From Candidatus Latescibacterota bacterium (GTDB lineage Bacteria > Latescibacterota > UBA2968 > UBA8231): a stretch of DNA of 64,000 nt. Shown piece after piece: positions 59,388 through 64,000 of the stretch. The notes under the pieces are model-generated. The model was not told where the DNA came from and made no database searches. It saw only the letters and a program-made list of their open reading frames with translations. Made by a program: the position numbers and the translations under genes. Numbering within the stretch: the first letter of the stretch is position 1; each line of letters starts with the position of its first letter. The stretch lies in assembly GCA_965217585.1 (NCBI GenBank), contig OZ244561.1, positions 2,336,001 through 2,400,000 of the forward strand, given 5' to 3'.

Positions 59388-60965
59388 ATGGCCAAACCAC
59401 GCATTTTTTTCGACCACGACGGTCGGCACCCGCTGATCTACATGTACGAGCCGCCGATGCAGAAAGAAGAGCTGGAGGCGGCGGTAGACGAGTTGGTGGG
59501 GACGCCAGTCGAGGCGCTGTCGCTGACCCTGGGCGATGCGCAGAGCCTGCTCTACGATTCGCAGGTGGGCGCGTTGTGGGGACGGGATATAAAGAAGTGG
59601 CCGCATCTGATCTGGAAGCGGGCCAACCAGAATTTCACCCAATTGATCAAAGCCGGATGCGATCCGCTCCAGGTGCTCTGCGACAAAGCCCATGCCAATG
59701 GCCTGCTGCTCTACGCGATGCTATTGCCGCAGCAGGGGCCGCGGGAGTGGATGTTGAAAAGCTGGGAAAATCCGCGCTTCGCCGCCGAGCAGCGCGACCT
59801 GCAGCCGTTGGAGATCGGCAGCAAGGGCGGTGTGGACGCGGAGTGGCCGGGGTATCGCGCGTGGGATTACGCTTGTGATGCAGTGCGCGAGCGGAATTTG
59901 GCGATTGTCGAGGAAGTGCTCGCGCGCTATCCCGTTGACGGTTTTGAGCTACAGCTCAATTACTGCCCCTATTATTTTCACCCCGATGAGATTGCGGCGG
60001 GGATGGGGATTATGACCGAGTGGATAGGGCGGGTTTATGCGGCTGTAAAAAAGAGCGATCCGGCACGAGAATTGGTCCTGCGCGTGCCGGCGAATCTGGA
60101 TGGATGCCGGGCGGTGGGGCTGGAGCCATTGGAGTGGATGCGCCGGGGCATTGTCGACGCGATCGTGCCCGAGGCATCGGGAGCGGCGGATCCGTCGGCG
60201 GATTTCAGCGCCTTCGTCAAAGCGGCACACGGGACGGTGTGTCGGGTCTTGCCGGCGTTACAAAGTCGGATCGACAGCGACCGGGTCGGCGAGGGGACGA
60301 TCGAAATGGTGCGGGCGGGGGCTTGCAACTATTGGGCGCAGGGAGTCGACGGCCTCTATATCGCGCATTGGTTTGGCTGTTGGCCGTATAAGGCCGATTT
60401 CTACCAGAAGCTGCGCGAGGTGCCCTTCCCCGAGACGATGGCGGCCAAGGACAAGGTCTATCGAATCCCCAGCGAGGGCAGCGCGCCGGCGCCGGAGGCG
60501 ATTGCGCCGCATGTCGCTAATCCGCTACCCATTGAGTTGACAAAGGGGCAGGCGCAACAGGTGGGTTTTGCGGTGAGCGATGATCTGAAAAAATGGGACA
60601 AGGTCGATCGGGTCCACGAGGTGATCTTGCGGGTGCGAGTGCAGGAGACGACGGAGCGGGACCGCTTGCGCTTTGCTTTTAACGGCAAAGAATTACCGCA
60701 ATCGCTGCTGCGCAAAATCAATCAGATGTACGTGATGGATGCGCCGCGCTATCGGGTTTTTGGCTATTGGTATGTCTTTCGTTTGGACGAAAAATTTAGG
60801 CCGGTGCAGGGGTGGAATGTGCTGGAGGTCGAACTGCTCAAACGGGACGGGCAGGCGCTACCGGCTGTCGTATTGCGCGATGTAGAGCTGGAAATCAAGT
60901 ACTTGATGGGGAAGAATTACCATCGGGGTTTGATCGATGCAGATCTGGGACCGGGTGAATTGTAG
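59388..60965 (+). CDS. Uncharacterised GH10-like/DUF187-type TIM-barrel protein (paralog of 19698-21269)
   Basis: HDGRHPLIY, DGFELQLN, QGVDGLY, near-identical C-terminus YLMGKNYHR..DLGP. Confidence 0.65.
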   Translation: MAKPRIFFDHDGRHPLIYMYEPPMQKEELEAAVDELVGTPVEALSLTLGDAQSLLYDSQVGALWGRDIKKWPHLIWKRANQNFTQLIKAGCDPLQVLCDKAHANGLLLYAMLLPQQGPREWMLKSWENPRFAAEQRDLQPLEIGSKGGVDAEWPGYRAWDYACDAVRERNLAIVEEVLARYPVDGFELQLNYCPYYFHPDEIAAGMGIMTEWIGRVYAAVKKSDPARELVLRVPANLDGCRAVGLEPLEWMRRGIVDAIVPEASGAADPSADFSAFVKAAHGTVCRVLPALQSRIDSDRVGEGTIEMVRAGACNYWAQGVDGLYIAHWFGCWPYKADFYQKLREVPFPETMAAKDKVYRIPSEGSAPAPEAIAPHVANPLPIELTKGQAQQVGFAVSDDLKKWDKVDRVHEVILRVRVQETTERDRLRFAFNGKELPQSLLRKINQMYVMDAPRYRVFGYWYVFRLDEKFRPVQGWNVLEVELLKRDGQALPAVVLRDVELEIKYLMGKNYHRGLIDADLGPGEL

Positions 60966-61353
60966 CTTCTCTGCACGTGCCCTGGTGCTGGGGGGCGCTC
61001 CAGCCCTGTTTCAGAGTTTCGGTGGGTATGGGCTGGCGCTCCAAGGGGAGTACGGGCTGCTGGAAAATATCTATCCCGAGATCGAGCGGCGGGGTTGGGA
61101 CCAGGTGCTCGATAAAAAATGGTTGGATCTCGTTACCTTCGACGGGGAATTTTACGGCATTCCCATCGAAGCCGCTACGTTCGGGATCATCGCCAATACG
61201 ACCCTCTTCGACCGTCATGGCATCGAGTATCCCACGGATTGGCCGACGTTTGTGCGGGCCTGCGAAGCGTTCAAGGCGCGCGGTATCCAGCCGCTGCTGA
61301 TAGCCGGCAAGGAAGAAGGCGGCGGCAATAAGACGCAGATTGACGCTTTCTAA
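60966..61353 (+). pseudogene. Fragment of ABC sugar-binding protein
   Basis: FDGEFYGIP, NTTLFDRHGIEYPTDW, GIQPL are internal SBP motifs; no signal peptide or start; early stop. Confidence 0.65.
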
Positions 61354-61674
61354 GCTGCTTTGCAACTTAGATCCGGTGTACATATTAGGAACCCGACTAT
61401 CGCCTTTTAGGATGACGATTATGCCGCCCCAGCAAACTCGCTATCCTGCCAAAGAAACGGCGCGGCGGTGGCGACGCGGGAGAAAATCCATTCGGCATGG
61501 GCATTCGGGCACACTATATTCGGGGCGGGCAGCGGCAGGCTTTGCGCAGGTACCAGAGACGTATCAGCCGAGGTACTCACGGAAGTTAGGGGCGACTGGC
61601 GATGGTGGGGGAAAGGTAGCCCATTGTCAAATTACTCTGAAAGGTGTCGGCATAGATGTCAAAGAAACCCACCG

Positions 61675-61734
61675 CTATATATGAAGCGTCTATATATGAA
61701 GCGTCTATATAATCCATATCTATATGTGAAAGGA
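61675..61734 (+). repeat. Four 15-bp phased CTATAT repeats overlapping a TATAAT box
   Basis: Units at 61675, 61690, 61705, 61720; first two identical (ctatatatgaagcgt); TATAAT at 61708-61713. Confidence 0.8.
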
Positions 61735-61742
61735 GCCGTTGC

Positions 61743-62438
61743 ATGACACGGGATAGAACGCGCAGCAACGGGGGGAATGAGCCGAGCATCGAGATTGTCG
61801 AGTTCTCCGTTGTCGTGATCGCAACTGCAAACAATCCGTCCATCTTAAATCTTGATTTCTTGCGATACAACGAAATCGTGAATCCAGATTGGCAGGTACA
61901 GGGTTCTCCCGTCTCGAATCCAGCTTTTGCCCAAGTGTCATTTGAGGACGGGCTTACCGTTACCGCTGACCTGAACCGCGTCATCTTTGAGCAAAAAACC
62001 GGAGGCACTTTGGTCGCACCAGAAGTGGCGAAACGCTATTTTCAGCAGGTCCCGCATGTTCCTTATTCCGGCATCGGCATCAATCCCAAGTTCTTTCTGC
62101 GCTCAACGGGAGAGCATCTGTCGCTTATGGATAGTGTAGTGTGCGATCAAGGCGCTTGGATGTCGTTCAAGGATGCAGCGCCGACGGTTCAACTGAAATT
62201 AATCTATCGCTACGAAGACGAAGCAAGGACTATTTTCCTTGATGTTGCCCAGATTGAACCGACAATAGATGACCAGACGGTTTCTGGGATACTGTTCCAA
62301 GCGAATGTCCATCGTGACGTGGAAGGACCGAACGCACAAGCCCGAAACGAGCACATCCAGTCTATTTTGGACAGGTGGGAAGACGATCTGGAGGATGTCC
62401 GTCAGTTGAGTAAGGTTCTGTCAGGAGGGATAAAATGA
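61743..62438 (+). CDS. Hypothetical protein (TIGR04255-like)
   Basis: AAGGAG RBS; SVVVI..NPSIL, GIGIN, FQANVH pattern; lower GC. Confidence 0.55.
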   Translation: MTRDRTRSNGGNEPSIEIVEFSVVVIATANNPSILNLDFLRYNEIVNPDWQVQGSPVSNPAFAQVSFEDGLTVTADLNRVIFEQKTGGTLVAPEVAKRYFQQVPHVPYSGIGINPKFFLRSTGEHLSLMDSVVCDQGAWMSFKDAAPTVQLKLIYRYEDEARTIFLDVAQIEPTIDDQTVSGILFQANVHRDVEGPNAQARNEHIQSILDRWEDDLEDVRQLSKVLSGGIK

Positions 62439-63328
62439 CTGCGGTCCTCAATGAATCCATAACGACTGCATACTACGGGGACGAACCCGTATCACCAACG
62501 GCCGAGGGTCCTGCTCCAGTCATACCTCCAGAGCCTCCTGCGGAAGATGATTCGGCAGACGTGTATCTGGTTACGGCAGAAGGGCTACGCAGTGTCTCTC
62601 AGTTTGGAGAAGGCTCAGAAGCCGAACTCATATCCCCGAAAACGGCATACGCGGAATATTTAATACGGAGCGGAGTAGGAAAGGACCTTTTTACGAGCCA
62701 GAGTGCGGAAGGTTTTCCTTGGGGGCCTCCTAATGCCTTATTCGGTCTTGAGCAAAGCACTGACGCAAGGGAAAAGGAATTACTCCTAACGGCCTTACCG
62801 AACGTCCTCGATACTTCCAAACGGCCTTATAATATCTATTCCACGCCAGTGTGGACGTCTCCGATATGGAACGAGGTAGGAACGCACCACGTCAGGCACC
62901 AGAGAACGGAACATCCTTCCGGAGCGTTTTTTGATGCCGTACTCTCTTTTGAGCAGAGCAGTGAAGACGCAAAGGAAGAGGACCTCGCCAACGCCTTACG
63001 CGATCTTCACGAGATAAACGAAGAGGCCGACGAAGAAGGAATTCCGCCGCCTTCAGAATCGGCTATTGCCAACGCGGATCGTCTGATACGAGCAATCTAT
63101 GACATATTGCCACGTCAATATCTGGTGGAACTCCTGCCGGAAGGGGTTATTGCTATCACCGTTCCCGGCGGATTTCGGCGTTCAGTTATATTATTGTGCG
63201 AATCTAAGGGCGGGGCACTGTGCTCTGTCAACATGAACGGCGAACATCGGCGCAAACGGTATCCACACGCGGACCAACTGCCGGATAGATTTCTGCATGA
63301 AGCCTTGAGTGAACTGGGACAGGAGTAA
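62435..63328 (+). CDS. Hypothetical acidic protein, putative antitoxin-like partner
   Basis: ATGA overlap; low-complexity acidic N-terminus and compact C-terminal domain (PPSESAIANA..PEGVIAI). Confidence 0.55.
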   Translation: MTAVLNESITTAYYGDEPVSPTAEGPAPVIPPEPPAEDDSADVYLVTAEGLRSVSQFGEGSEAELISPKTAYAEYLIRSGVGKDLFTSQSAEGFPWGPPNALFGLEQSTDAREKELLLTALPNVLDTSKRPYNIYSTPVWTSPIWNEVGTHHVRHQRTEHPSGAFFDAVLSFEQSSEDAKEEDLANALRDLHEINEEADEEGIPPPSESAIANADRLIRAIYDILPRQYLVELLPEGVIAITVPGGFRRSVILLCESKGGALCSVNMNGEHRRKRYPHADQLPDRFLHEALSELGQE

Positions 63329-63333
63329 GTTGG

Positions 63334-63789
63334 TTGGCTCGCACGAGCCTCCCTCAGAGCATATCTCCGAACGAGACTTTGGGGAGGGGCGTATTTTCAA
63401 GCAGACAGGCACGCCAAGCTAGACGCGGGACGAAAATGCCCCTCCGTGCATTCCTCGAAGCGTGGGGGAAAGTGACGCTCTCCGTTGACCGGCTTGATTT
63501 CGCAGAACCTGAAGAGATGGCGACGCTTGGCGACAGTGTAGCAGCTAGCCGTAGTAGCGTGGACCGTAAGGTCACTTTTTATGGCTGGGCCGTCATTGCT
63601 GCTAAAGACGCCGAAAACAATGGGCGGCAGGTGGTTTACACTCCACAACCCGATAATCCATACCATACAGACATTATCTTGCCAGACTCCACAGCGGAGG
63701 ACCGCGACGAACAAATTAGTCACGCCCAAGAGTTGGCGGATGCGTCCCTATGGCGCGAACGTCCAAACTCCACGAAAACTGACGAATGA
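63334..63789 (+). CDS. Small putative ART/RES-like toxin
   Basis: ETLGRGV..AFL..LSVDRL..DNPYHTDI pattern reminiscent of ADP-ribosyltransferase-like folds; TTG start. Confidence 0.45.
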   Translation: MARTSLPQSISPNETLGRGVFSSRQARQARRGTKMPLRAFLEAWGKVTLSVDRLDFAEPEEMATLGDSVAASRSSVDRKVTFYGWAVIAAKDAENNGRQVVYTPQPDNPYHTDIILPDSTAEDRDEQISHAQELADASLWRERPNSTKTDE

Positions 63790-63938
63790 CTCTTCGCGGA
63801 TTGGCTCAATCGAAAATAAAATCGACCTAATCGGCTCCTCGGGCCGCCTCGCACCAGCTTGACCAAGCAGGCGGATTGCATTAACTCAGAAGTGCACTGC
63901 CTCCGGGCTACCGAAGCTAACCGAAAGACAGGTGCAAC

Positions 63939-64000
63939 GTGGACCTAGACGCACTGCTGCGCGACGTGGATCTAGACGAAATGATGCGCCTCTACGACGA
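63939..64000 (+). CDS. 5' end of a hypothetical CDS running out of the window
   Basis: GTG start, host-like codons (MDLDALLRDVDLDEMMRLYD), open to the edge. Confidence 0.3.
   Translation, partial: MDLDALLRDVDLDEMMRLYD

Overview
GC-rich bacterial chromosome segment. Seven phytanoyl-CoA dioxygenase-family genes, FlgD/T9SS-type C-terminal domains and an LRR/FN3 eukaryote-like protein suggest an FCB-group organism, possibly a Latescibacterota/Poribacteria-like sponge symbiont (inference only). Most of the window is carbohydrate/small-molecule catabolism, an RND efflux operon and a few DNA-metabolism genes (topB, tag, comM). The standout is a two-gene operon at 37259-41028 (minus strand): an ECF sigma factor translationally coupled to an intact 1057-aa single-chain protein built from collinear RNA polymerase beta and beta' core motifs. 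It keeps the catalytic DFDGD and the sigma2-binding clamp helices, but lacks the flap and apparently the trigger loop. The operon has an ECF-type promoter upstream and an intrinsic terminator downstream. Other accessory pieces: a C5-methyltransferase/ParB-like/nuclease-like island, an orphan HisG-HisE fusion next to attC-like repeats, a three-gene putative toxin module behind 15-bp repeats, and a VLR-like LRR surface protein. No rRNA, tRNA, CRISPR array or transposase was recognised. All family assignments are by eye from motifs; no database searches were run.
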